A stretch of DNA of 64,000 nucleotides from Phoronis australis (Eukaryota; Animalia; Phoronida), in contig NMRA01000190.1 in NCBI GenBank assembly GCA_002633005.1, forward strand, positions 310,001 through 374,000, written 5' to 3'. Positions 50,601-63,046 of the stretch are shown piece after piece (the stretch's first letter is position 1; every line of letters begins with the position of its first letter). The notes under the pieces were generated by a model. It searched no databases, was not told the DNA's origin, and worked only from the letters and a program-made list of their open reading frames with translations. Made by a program: the position numbers and the translations under genes.

Positions 50601-53458
50601 TAACAATTTGCCAGTTTAATAGAAATTTTGTTTTAATAAAGAAGCATGTTTTTCGCTGTTTAGCTGTCGTGTCGTTCTAAAAATATACTCCTTTCAGATA
50701 GGCCTACTCGATATTCTAAAAGCCAAATAAACCTCCGAAGTATGTCTTTCTGTCTTTCACCCAACGTAAGCAAATGAGACTTTTTTGTACTGGAAAATAC
50801 CAGCTGGCAGAGAACGACACTGTATTACTAACCGATGTTAGAGCTTTGTAAACATCATGGCTACATGCCAGATGTACAGCAACTTGGGTCAGAAGTCTAG
50901 AACCGAAGGCAAAATACTAAGGCCACTGTACGAGTTACACCTAAATGGCAAATCAGTATATGAGACCGACCACGTTTTTTGGCTCGCGTGGTAACTTACT
51001 TTACTCCCGTCCAAATACAATCTGCCCTTGTCGCAAACCAATTTACCACAAAATGTTACATATTCTTGAAGCGGGTCAATGGTTCTGCCTTGGTAATGAC
51101 ACGGCGGTGGTAGCGGTGGTGAAAGTTCTGGCTTGCAAAGGTAGTCAAATGGAACCTGAATGAAATAACCAAACAGACGCGCAGAAAGTCTGAATAACAT
51201 ACAGGGTTTGAGATCATCGTGGGAAAACTAAAACTGACACATTTCACATGCGTGCGAAAATCATGGACAGTGAAACGGTTATATGTAAATCGATCCTCGA
51301 AAATAATGTACTTTTACTACTTGACGAAGCCTGTTTTTTGATATACGTGTTAGAGCGGAGGTCACTAAATATGGTTTGAGCTAACCTGAAACGCATGGGA
51401 GTTTCAATACGGGAAAGTAAAAACCCTTTTTCGAATTAATTCGTTTGTACAGTTACCAGGGAAATCATGAATGTATGCTGGAAAATCGATGGAAAAATAA
51501 GACAAAATTTGAGAGGATCCATGCTGCAGTTAAAACAATTATCTTGGTCACTTGGCATCGACAGTGTCGGTTGGAGTTTTATTCGTCTGTGTGTGTAGTC
51601 CATTCAATCTTCAGTGTCTCCAGGCAGCCGGCAAATATTAAGTCCGAATTTTGACGCTTAGCAACAAGTTCTCAAAATTGAGCGCTTTTGTGAGTCGAGG
51701 CTCACACGATTTACAATGTCACGCCAGAGAATGAATATCTTTCTTTTTTCACATTTGTACCAACTGGAAGAGAACGAGCTGTATTACTAACCGATGTTCT
51801 GGGTTTGTAAACATGATGGCTCAGTGTCAAATCCCTTGACCGGGATATACATGTACAGCAACTTTGGTTAGACTTCAGAAGTCTAGAACCAAAGGCCAAA
51901 TATTGAGGCTGGACCCACGTCTGTACTAGTTACACTTTGATGGCCAGTCAGTATTTGAGACCGGCCACGAGATTGTTTTTGCCTTGCACGATAACTTACT
52001 TCACTCCCGTCCAAATACAATTTGCCCATATCGCAAACCAATTTACCACATTCTGTTAGGTAAGAGTCTTGGAACGGGTGCATGGTTCTGCTTTCGTAAT
52101 GACACGGAGGTGGTAGGATTGGTGTCATAGGTGGCGTTGTTTGCGTTGGTGGCGTCGGTGGCTTGAAAGGGTAATCAGATGGAACCTAAATGAAATAACC
52201 AAACAGTCGCACTAAAAGCCTGAATAACATACAAGGTTTGAGATCATCGTGGGAAAACCGAAAATGACACATTTTACAGGCGTGAGAAAATCAAGGACAG
52301 TGAAACGGGTTAAGTGTAACTTGATCCTCGAAAATGTATATTTTTAATAGTTGCCAAAGCCTGTTTTTTGATTGATGAGTTAGAATGGTTTGAGATAACC
52401 TTAAACACATGGGAGTTTCAATACGGGAAAGTAAAAACGATTTTTCGAATCAAGTCGTTTGTTCAGTCACTTAAATCTGATAACAATCACTGGGTAAGAT
52501 ATTATGCATTTTGGGAAGGCAACCATTGGGAAATAAAGAATGCATACTGGAACAGTGATGGGAAAATACGACAACATTTGAGAGGAACCATGCCGGAGCT
52601 AAAGTTGCATACCACAGTGTCACATGTTATCAGAACCATGTCACCGAAGGATTGCAACATCTTTCCATGGTAGTAACAGAGAGTCGGTGAAGTTTGACAA
52701 AAGTTGGCGGGATCTTTGATCTAGTGCAAGAAATAAAGAGCATGCAAGAACCCGAACAGTGTTACTCGCACTAAAGCTTCTGGGCTCGCGCTATGAACAC
52801 CCCTCAAATAAAATTTTACATTTTGAAAGGTATGACATTCAACGGTTTCAGGGTCTCCAAAATGACTAATGTGCAAAAAAATATAGTGCTACCGACAGTC
52901 GCAAACATTTATTTGTCATAAACACAATGTATAGTACATGCAGTCAGTCTTGCAGTTGAAGTTATACAAACCTGAGAGAGTGAGTAACGACATATCCATG
53001 AGAACCCGTCACCCTGTTCCCCTTTTATAATGTGACACACCCTTACATAAATGAATATTTGTGTGTGTGCGTGCGTGCGCGTGCACGGGTAGATATATAT
53101 ATATATATATACATATGTCCGTGTGTGTGTGTGTGTGTGTGTGTNCAGAAGCAGGCATTTTCAAAAACATTTCCAATAATATTTTACATTCTTGCCTTCC
53201 AGATATTTTTGCATACGCGACACTTTTTGCTCCTATTGCAAGCCCTCCGTAGCTATTACCAGGGCGATTCTGAATACTGAAACTTACTTCGGAGCTTCTA
53301 CTATGAATCTTCCCATATCTGCACCGAATGTTCTCACAAGGTGTGTCTATAGTGTCGGCGTGTTGAATCTTCTTGCCAAGATAGTCACGTGGAGGAGGCG
53401 AGAGTGTGATAGCACCCGAGCACGTTGTGACGAGGACAGCAAAAATCACCTGCCTCAT
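47643..53458 (-). CDS. Putative secreted protein of repeated Pro/Thr linkers and four-Cys modules (VWC/FnI-like spacing); possibly a pseudogene
   Basis: Phase 0 exons: 53458-53288, 52720-52613, 52185-52000, 51155-51000, 49880-49650, 48805-48650, plus a copy at ~47791-47643 lacking an AG acceptor. Most have TTCATT(C/T)AG acceptors and GTAAGT donors. Consensus: VPxDYxC-(P/T-rich)-PPPCHYxGRTxxPxQ..x.TxCGKLVCDxGxLYLDGS. Confidence 0.65.
48121..52600. repeat. 2350-bp-period tandem duplication, each period made of two older diverged subunits
   Basis: 48121-49762 is nearly identical to 50471-52112 (identical ORFs 48539-48850 and 50889-51200); weaker homology between 49860-50290 and 52165-52600. Confidence 0.93.
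53058..53144. repeat. Compound microsatellite (GT)n/(GCGT)n/(AT)n ending at an N
   Basis: Directly visible. Confidence 0.9.
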
Positions 53459-56201
53459 ATTATCTTTAGTCATGATGATATTTCAGAAATATAGTCGACC
53501 GTTTCCGTAGTGTTAAAGCAACACGGTTAAATAGTAACCAGGTCTTGTAGAGGACTTTTTACATAGACGAACCTCCTCAGCTGTTCAGTCTCACACTTGT
53601 GTTCGTGTGTATAGTGAGAATTTGCCTGACGTTTACAACGTGTACTCTTTGAATTTACAGGCAATAAACCAACAATGGCAAGGAAAAGGAGAACCCGAAA
53701 ACTAAACAAAGGCACATGCAAAAAGCGAGTTAACTAAATAATCTATTGGATCAAATGATTTTAGTGGAGGTGAAGTCAGGGACGTCTGTCAAAAACGAAT
53801 ACTTAAAAAGCAAATTTTCTTACGAGTATTAGTAAAATTTAAACTTGGATTATTTCGTAAACCGTTTAGTTATACATCTTATTTTAACGTCGCGCGCTAA
53901 TTCAGTGTACTATAACTAATTTGATTAGGAATTTATTTTGGTTATGCCAACGACATTTCGGAACACTGATCACTGTATAATGACTCACAAAAATATTAGC
54001 TGTGGAATAAATGCTGCCATGGGGGTATTGCTGCAGTCTATTCATCACGTGATCACATTAGGGGAGAAATCTCATTTTACCTGTTTGGCTACCCTCAATT
54101 ATTGAGCAATATGTGGCGCTGCACTCTGCCTCTTTGGCCAATCACAAACTCAGATTTGAAGAAGGTGCACAACTATCTTACAGGACTACCTCCATATGTG
54201 TTCCTTACTGGGGTCAACACAATGTCAAAAGGTTACTTCAACCGGTCAGATGTGTTATTTTTCGCAAATAGCATGGATAGAAAGCGAGAAGAGATGAGTA
54301 CGATGTGTCATTACTTTGGAGTTTTATGAAGTAATTATGCGGTTCAGCCTAGTCTCTGATTTCAGTGTCACAAGAAATGTTGAAAGTAGGATGAGGAAAG
54401 TAATATCCAAATTCAGTCATTGTTAAATGTTGCCATTTTATGCAATATTTACACGGTCAATGATATTCATCAACACAATAAAAGATGAAGAGATGTAATT
54501 TATAATTAAATAAATCTTAAGCTTTTCTCTTTCTGTTGTTATCCATGACAAACAATGCAAGCGTCATTGAATTTGTTCAAAATTAGCTTATAGTGATTTT
54601 TTACTTTTACTTAATGTTAGCCTTTCTGCTGCTAATATCCATCAAACTGGTGTTTTAAAAAATCTCGTTTCCAACCTTAAGCGTACATTTTTCATTTATT
54701 TATCTCATAAAATGTGTACACTCAGCGTCACCATCATATTTAAATTTCTAATCCATAGCACATATTCCTACATTTTGTCAACTTATGAAACATGTTTCCT
54801 TTAGGAACACCTCCAAAAGGAAGACATGATCCTTTAAGAATATCCATATTGACCTTTCCATAGAGTGTTCTGATGATTCGGCCAACTGCAGTTACAGATA
54901 ACACAACTACTCTAAAACGTCTCTGAAATAACGCAAAACGCGACTAATAATCCAATTTTCGTATAGAATCCTTTCTAAATCTAGGTAAATTATAATAAAA
55001 TCTCAACAAATATTAACCCATCCCCGTTGTTGAAACCAGGACAATCTATTGCAAGAGTTCATTGCATAAATAAGCAATTACTGTACAAGCGAGATGGCGT
55101 CATATGGAACTCCGATAACAGGTTGATGAAAAGGCTATTTTGTTGCGACAAAAGTTCGATCATTTTAATTTATTTCAAGTGTTGGTTAATTCTGGCAACA
55201 ATGTTTAACCAAGTTTGGTTGAATTCAGCAGAGTTCTACTGGAGTTTGTCTAACATGTTTTGAAAACTACACATGTACTGTAAGGAACGCCAAGACGTTG
55301 CATAGAAATTAAATCAAGCTGAGAACAAAAACATGGCGTATGGTGGGCACCGTGCCACAGGAGGAACACTGAGGTTGAAGGAATATCAAGATGGGTGTCA
55401 TTAGACCCGGAAACAGTGGGGGTTGGGATTGCTTTCAGAAGTCTCCTGAGGCCTATGATACGTTTCCTACTGTATGGAGGTGCTGTGTCTCATAAAGCGG
55501 CTACAAAATTGCTCCCCGTCCAGGAAGTGAATTTTAATTTAAACCCTTTAAACCCCTTTTCTATGTAAAAATGTGCTCAATTGCCCTATACTCATATGAG
55601 AAGTGATCGCTGTGTTTGCAAAGAACTGAAAAGTTCAGTTCGTTGAAATCATCGTGCATGGCGCATATGCCACGCTGCGACTAAACACGTAACCCGTAAT
55701 ACTTATTTACAGACACGCTCTACGCTCATGGCACTAATGGGCCTTCCTAGTTTATAAACCTCGGAACACAATTTTGCCCAAATATTGGAAGTTAAAATCG
55801 AACCTATGGTAGTTGGTTAAATGAAGCAAAATACAGTACCAGCTCCTAATCAAAACAGAAAAAAAGTCATTTAATGAAAGTATTGTTGGCAGTGTATGCA
55901 GAAATGTCAACATTTCCCACACAATTGTCTTGCTCTCGACGCCATTTTAATTCCAAATAAAATGGTCGTAATTTGATGTGCTTTTGAAAGGATGTCGAAA
56001 GTTAAAGTAATGACCTAGTTGTTACTTGAATGGCATTGGCTGATTTAGAAACTAGAGCAATCTCGACAACTTTTTCTGGCAGAAGACCTCGAAGTCTCAA
56101 TTTTGGAGATGGTTTTCTATTGACAAATTTCTTTAATTTGCATTGCTAATGATTGTGCAGGAAACGTGAACAGAACAGAGGGTGATTATTTTATACTGCA
56201 T

Positions 56202-56461
56202 GGGCCCATTCCAAGAAACGTACTTAAGTTCAGTTTTGACTTAAGTCTAATATTTGTCTCAACTTCCAAACTTGAAAATTCCACATCTGGTAAGCTGCAT
56301 GTGGTCTAATTTAAGACAAAGTTTAAGCCAAAAAAATTAAGTCAAACTTATCTAAAGATTACTTTCAAGGAACGGACTTACGACCAAATTAAAGTTTTAA
56401 TCTTAAAATTGACTTAAAGTTAACATTTGTCTTGGCTAGGTCAGTTTTCTTGGAACAGGCC
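56202..56461. mobile_element. Probable Harbinger-type MITE
   Basis: GGCCCATTCCAAGAAA pairs with TTTCTTGGAACAGGCC; internal ACTTAAG repeats. Confidence 0.5.
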
Positions 56462-57029
56462 ACCGGTATGTTTTGAATTATTGTGAAGGTCGCGCTTTTC
56501 ACATTTCGTCAAATTTCTTTGAAATCCGCCGCTTGCAAACACCAGCAGAAGAGTCCGCACATGTGAGTAGCATTGGTTATTTGTGACTGGCTGCGACAAG
56601 CCAATTTGCAAAGAACATTGTCTCAAGCAATGTCGAACTGTCAGATCTTCCAAAGCCATTAAAACACCTCCCATTTGACCAAGGAACAACCTGAGACCAG
56701 TTTCATAATATTAAGTGGTCTAAATCAAATGTCAGTTTTAGTAATGGACTAATCCAGTAGGCTAATTGAGGGCATGCAGCTGGTTTTTTTACGTTCATCA
56801 CTTTGAAACCATGAAGTTATAAAATTTTCAAACCAATACGTGGCTACGGTACAATTGTTTTTATGTAGACGGTCTTAGCTTTCATCTAAGTTGGCAATCA
56901 GATGGCACGTATACATGTATATAAGACGGCTTCTAAGAAAGTTAATTTATTTTATACCACAATATTAGCGTCAAATGGCAAATACAACCGTGTAATAACC
57001 CATTAAGTTATCTCACTAGTGAGATAACG

Positions 57030-57114
57030 ATTTGGCGGGAAACCGAGGACGGGGTCGAACCCGGGACCCTAATATTGCTGGTCGCCGACTTTACCACTAC
57101 ACCACGCAGCGACT
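57030..57114 (-). repeat. tRNA-derived SINE-like head
   Basis: Minus strand shows an A box TGGTGTAGTGG and a B box GGTTCGACCC at tRNA-like spacing, but no convincing acceptor or anticodon stem. Confidence 0.55.
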
Positions 57115-57644
57115 GAGTGAAAATAGAATACTTAAATGAGCACGCACAATAATCCCATGTTCAACCGCATTGTACTGTACTTATACTCTACGAAAAATAA
57201 GACACATAATTTCCATAAAAATGATATCTTAATTCGGTGAAATTTTTCTCTCATGTCCTCTTACTTGTAAATCACTGATCTCTAGTTTGAATGCGGGTAT
57301 CGTGTCGTCAGGATCTTTGACTTGAGAATTATATTCAGTTACCAGTGGTAACCTACTTTAGCAGACGATAATTTCCCGGTCGAAGCTTAGCGTGAAAAAA
57401 AACGTGTTTTAAGCTATAATAGTTGGTAAACCTTAATTTATAAATTCAATTTATGTCTATAATATTTAAGTTTTCAATTGGTTTTGAGTAAAAGCATTAT
57501 TTGACAAAAAATAGCCGGGCTTTTCTTAAAAGGTCACGACCTCCGACCCCGGGCCTCTGACATAGAAAGTAGTTACAAAGCCGTGGAGAGTCAGAAAAGG
57601 TAAATCGATTCATTGCAATGTTTCTCCATTAGTATGTGGTATAA

Positions 57645-57808
57645 ATAGATTATTACATGTTCTCAGCCGTTATCCCCCTTATCTAGAGCCCGAGTGGATT
57701 TTGGAGAATTATCACCCTCGCGGCTAACGCCCCTCGGGCGATAATTCTCCAAAATCCACTCGGGCTCTAGATAACGGGGGATAACGACTTCGCCATGTAA
57801 TAATCTAT
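57645..57808. repeat. Near-perfect palindromic element (~75 bp arms)
   Basis: TTATCTAGAGCCCGAGTGGATTTTGGAGAATTATC is a perfect inverse of GATAATTCTCCAAAATCCACTCGGGCTCTAGATAA; outer arms ATAGATTATTACATG / CATGTAATAATCTAT. Confidence 0.9.
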
Positions 57809-59821
57809 ATTTATCCTATACTCGTGATAGCGTGGCCATGAAATACGGGTCGTATTAGATATGGAAGAACTACTTTTCCGTATTCAGTGCGCGTTGCATA
57901 TGGATTTTCCATATTCAACGCGCGTTGAATACGGATGCCTTTATTCTCGCCAAAATTCGTTCCTGAGTACTACAATTGGTAGGAACATGATTATATATAT
58001 TGCATCACTTTGGGTTCAGCTCCGTGCACAACAGTTTCACATGCCAATGGCAATACTATGATATGAGTTCTAAAAACTAAACAAAAAAGTGAAATAAAAA
58101 CATCGTTGACAATGTTTCTTAATATACCGTGAAATTTTACACCTGAGTAGAACACTTAAATCACAAAAAGTCTCGAACTTGCCACAAGATATTTGGGATT
58201 AGGAAAGCAATATACATTACAAAATTGCTTCCTTTTGGTCAACTATTGCACTACACTAGTTGAGGTTCTTTACGGTCAAGTTATGAGTCAATTTTTAAAT
58301 ACGTTCTCAAAACAATCAAAATACGTCGACCCCAAACGCAAAACTGCAACTGTATTTTTGCCAATTTTACGATAAATTTCTGAATACTTTCTACCTAAAA
58401 AGGATAAGAACCGCGCGCAAGGAGCATTTTTAAGAAGCGTCTTAACGTGCATCAGCCACAACGTCTGTGTCCTGCACAGATGTTACTCAACGAAGTCAAG
58501 AAAAATCGTCAGAAATGTAAGCAAACTTTAACTTAGAAATAGATTTGGCTCAAACTCTGACGAAAATACCGAAATTGGCAGTGCACCCCAAGCCTGTAGC
58601 TGTTGTAAAATACAACTTGACTGCCGTGTCAAGCAGACTGCAAAAAAATCGTTCATAAAAATTTTGCGTGCACGTATACGTGTCACGCGATCTGCGGTCG
58701 TCATTGACAATAGATGACAAACGACACCAAAACAAGCGGAGCAATCTGTATACATTTACTACAGAATCAAAATGTGATCGAGCAATAACGTTTACGAGTA
58801 GCACTGACCGGGGTGTGGTTAGTTGGCCCATGCACAGTATCTCGAACCTTTTTAACTTAGATTAGAATATACTCGAAGGTACTCGACATCTGGCGTTATT
58901 TCAGATAATACGATCAAGCGGCACACATGTAGTTATGATACCGACCTCGTCTACGTAAACTTTAATGTACTCGACCATCTACATGTAATCAAGGAACTTA
59001 TCTTGAGTTCTTAAATAAAGAGAAATTGTCAAAAATAATTTCAAGGTTGAAGATTAAATTTCATGTTACCTACCTGTTGCTGTACATTTAGTACCTGAGA
59101 CGGAATTTTCAAAAAAGAAACCCGGGGCCCGCTTAAGAGCAACCTAAATCCGAGAGCCAGTCAAAAGACAAAACATCAACTTGTCATTTTACGCCACAAT
59201 AATGAACAGTTGTGACACAAAAGTTTGCGCTGGGTGTATTTTCAGCAGATCATAATTTACATTTTCAAATCGCTGTACCAATACAAGTGTGTATTTTGGT
59301 TTAAGTCTAGAAGACCCAGGAGGACATGAGCTGAGTACATTACTGTTTAACATTTAAAAGGTTTAACAAAAGGTTCTGTCAACCGTTTTATCAACTTTGT
59401 CTGAGACAAAGTTACGGTGAGCATACGTTAGGTGAAAAGGAGAGAGGTGGTTTAACGCGTTCACCTTTGCGCCACTATACCATTGGTTTACTTTGCAAAC
59501 AAATTATTGGTAGTAAGAGTATATGCACGAGTGGAAGTGGGGGTCGTGTCAACATTTTTTTTGTGATTTGCGGCGATGTATTGATTCAGTATTCCTCGTT
59601 CATAAACACGTCTAAAAAGCTCCAAGACAAACGCATCATCGCTTTAGAGCTGTGTGTTGTTTAGGAGACATGGACCATTAGCTATGCAAACTCTCTTGTT
59701 ATTCTATTACTTCTAAAACACGGATTCTCTCAAAATATGTTTGTGTATACCGGTATATACGAAGGACCAGACGACATCGAAAAATACTCTTGGGCAAAGA
59801 GAACCTGTGTACTCGATAAAG

Positions 59822-61457
59822 ATGACAAATCTCTACTTTGGGTGTTTCCTCTGTATAATTTTGAGCTCAGTTGTAGTAACACGAGGCGCAGTTCCCAGCA
59901 TACAGTGTCTTGACGAAGAAGGACAACCGGTGGATTGGTAAATTTCCCATTCTTCTGTTATTTGAACAATTTATTGAAGCTGAAACATCTTACACTTTTA
60001 ATGGTGATATGGGCGCGCCTCCAGGAAAGTTAAAACAGGCAACAACTGTTCAGACTCGGTAAAATTTCTAAAAAATGTTAACTTTGTGCCAAAATTTCTT
60101 TTCGCTCAAATTGCCACTCCAAACTAACTGCTGGTTTTATGACCCAAAAAATTTCTGCTAGTATGTTCTCACTTTTTTTACCGACAAAAATGTTAGTTTT
60201 ATATCATGTGTGTTTGGACTTCCACAAGAGGGTGATTTATAAAGAAAAAACAACGCGTAACTTTGGTCCTAGGCCAGTTGCCGGTTGCTAAATTTTAGTA
60301 TGGCTCAACATGTAAATTCCATGGAGTAAGAGGTAATTTCAGCTGAGCCCAGTATGCTGCCCGCAGTCTGTTATTCGGTGAATCCTCGGATGCTGAAATT
60401 CCACCAACAGGTGCGTTCACACACTTGGAAATCTAATTTAAATTTGCACCTTAACGTAGAAAATAAGTCGAGTGTTTTACGAATTAAAACATCTGCGTGG
60501 ACATCTTAAATTCATTATTTTCAAAAATTTCTATTCGAAGTCCAATTCGCAGAGTCAAATAAATTTTATGTCAAATTTTATGAAAGTTTATATTAATCTA
60601 AATATTTTTAGTAATTTACAGTGGTTTTTTACATCAAAAACATTAAATCAAAAATTCCTATTCCTTAAAATGGTCACAAATGTAGTTTTGTAAGCCTTGA
60701 GTGGCCTCTGGCCCAAGATCTAAGAAAACTAAGGTTTCACTAACAAAGATGAGTGAAAGTTAGGAACAGTCCAAATTTCAGGAAAGCGCGATCGAATCGT
60801 GAAAGCCGACGATACACAATACGGTGCTTCATGTGACTATACTTAGTTCGAAGTTTGATAGAAATCTCCTGATAAATGTAGGGGCCGGGAGTTGCGTACA
60901 TAAGAGCGCTGCATCTCATGGCTGATAGGAGATCGAGAACTTGTGAAAATTTGGAAAAATCGGTTGGGTCGTAAAATGCTGGGGATTGTGTGCTACGGCA
61001 CTTTGCAAGAACGCTTTTTTTGAAGCCTTGATAGAAATCGTCTTTGAAATGTAGGAGACGTGCGCAGAAGAAATTGAAAAGAAGATGCGAAAATACGATC
61101 TAATAGTAAAGTAACCCGGCAATATGCAATACAGCTCTTCATAAAGTGTACTGTTTGAATGTTTTGGTCAAAATATTCTCTGAAATATTGAAGGTTTTGC
61201 GCACAGGAGAGTATAACGCTCTGCACGGGAGTAATGACGGTCGTCATGCTTATACCGCCTATGCCTTAGGAACAATATAAGTACATAACATGTCTTTCCA
61301 CAGGTTCATCGCTTACAAGCTGTCCGACAGCTCCAAGTATTACTATATGGATGTTAGGAGCCCCACCTGGCGGTTGTCAGATAATGAGATGAATAGCTCC
61401 GATGGACACGCCGTTGCGCACACACTGCAGCAGATTTATGACAATCTGCGGTCCGAG
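59822..61457 (+). CDS. DNASE2: Deoxyribonuclease II family (DNase II / plancitoxin-like), first two coding exons; presumably continues beyond the right edge
   Basis: Exon 59822-59937 (signal peptide then IQCLDEEGQPVDW) and exon 61304-61457 (FIAYKL...YYYMD...W...GHAVAHTLQQIY). CxDxxGxPVDWFxxYKL is the DNase II N-terminal signature; splice phases are consistent. Confidence 0.92.
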
Positions 61458-63046
61458 GTAAAAAATGACTTCTGCTCCGTCCATTGTGAAGTAATCGCTT
61501 TAGTGATTGAATGCCACTAAAGTTACTAGCTTACATGGTCTGTCAAGGGCGTGATCGTTTTTTACAGGTGGGAAGACTTTCATTCACGAGCGTAAATAAC
61601 GAACGTCATCATGATTACAACCAATGAGAGGTTACCTTATGTGCCACGCGAGTAATGAAAAGGTCGTTTACTCGTTAGTTACCTCCATAACTTACGCTCG
61701 TAAATTACGTGTGTAATTTACATGTTACCTGCCTAAGTACTTACACACTCTTTCAATTCATAGAGTTAAAGGGCATTCTCGACGAGAAAAGTAATGATTT
61801 TACGAAAATGCACAGCAGCGCGGAATCGAACGTACTACCTCCACAGTAGCAGCCGAACACTCTGCAGCAGAGCCAATCCAACGTGTTTAATTGTTGAGTA
61901 TTTTGAGCTAACACCCAAAACGAGGCACTCGAAGGTTCACCCAAACAATCTCAGCATTCCATTTCAGAGTTTTCTCTTGAGACGAGTAACCCTTTTTTCA
62001 CAATAAACCGGACAGGGTCCGCTTCAGCTGGCGCTTCGGCACTTCGGTTATCCGTCGGTGGGATAGCGCTTGGTATAGGTTTGGGTTATAACCAATCTGG
62101 GGAAACTTAACATCTCAAATGCTTGCCTTGTGTTAGAACGAAGCACAACACCACACGCCAGACAGATGTTGAATAATCGAAGTGGCTCCATTGGCTTCTA
62201 GAGAAAACATGGCTTTGCTGCCGTACCTAGCATTCTTGTTGTCCGAACTGTTTTTTATCATATAAAACATTACGATTTTAAGGACCCTGTTGGCAAATGT
62301 GTACATTTAGCCAAATGTCTAGAAAACTGCAGAATTTAACTCAGCGAAAGAATACGTATTCTTAAAGCTGGTAAGTTTTGAGTCCCATTTTTAATAGCCC
62401 CTCATGCAAAAGAGAAACGTTTAAAAACAATTTCTAAAAAAGAGAATAGTGCATGACTGTATGTTCCATATAAATCTGATATATGATATTACGAAGGGCC
62501 CCATATAACTGCAATTATGTATATTTATGTTTACTTGAAACGTTAATTTATATCTTGCACAGAACTCGATGTATTTCCTATACAGTGATCAGTACCCCTC
62601 GCAACCTACAACTTGCGAGTCTGACGACAAAAAAACCGCGTCATCGACATGGGCACACAGTAAAGGTAAGCCCGTCTATCGCGAAACATGTAGTGGCTAC
62701 GAGTGGTAGAAAACCTGGTGTCAATGTCCCAAAAATGCGATTTATAGAAAAATAATTGACAAGAGTGTGATCTATGCATCAAATTTTCATTTATAAGCGC
62801 GGAAGTATCCCATGCCTGCAGGGTGACAGAGTTTATTTCCTGTTTTCATTTAAAGAATCAAGGCTGAAAATGAACACATGTCAACTTCTACAGTTTTGAA
62901 GGTCATGCTTCACTAATGTCTTCCTGGCGCGATTTAAAAACCCCGTTTTATTTCATTACTCAAGTGCTTCGCACATCATGTAGGAACATGCGTCTAAGTA
63001 CTAATATAGGCGCACCTTCTGTTCACATATAGTCTATAGAAGCGTA

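Noticed and set aside
52368-52673. 101-aa Trp-rich plus-strand ORF
   Set aside because: It is antisense to the module-gene intron and exon, and the frame is not preserved in the homologous repeat subunits.
57030-57114. Functional tRNA gene
   Set aside because: A and B boxes are present, but acceptor and anticodon stems could not be paired; treated as SINE-like.
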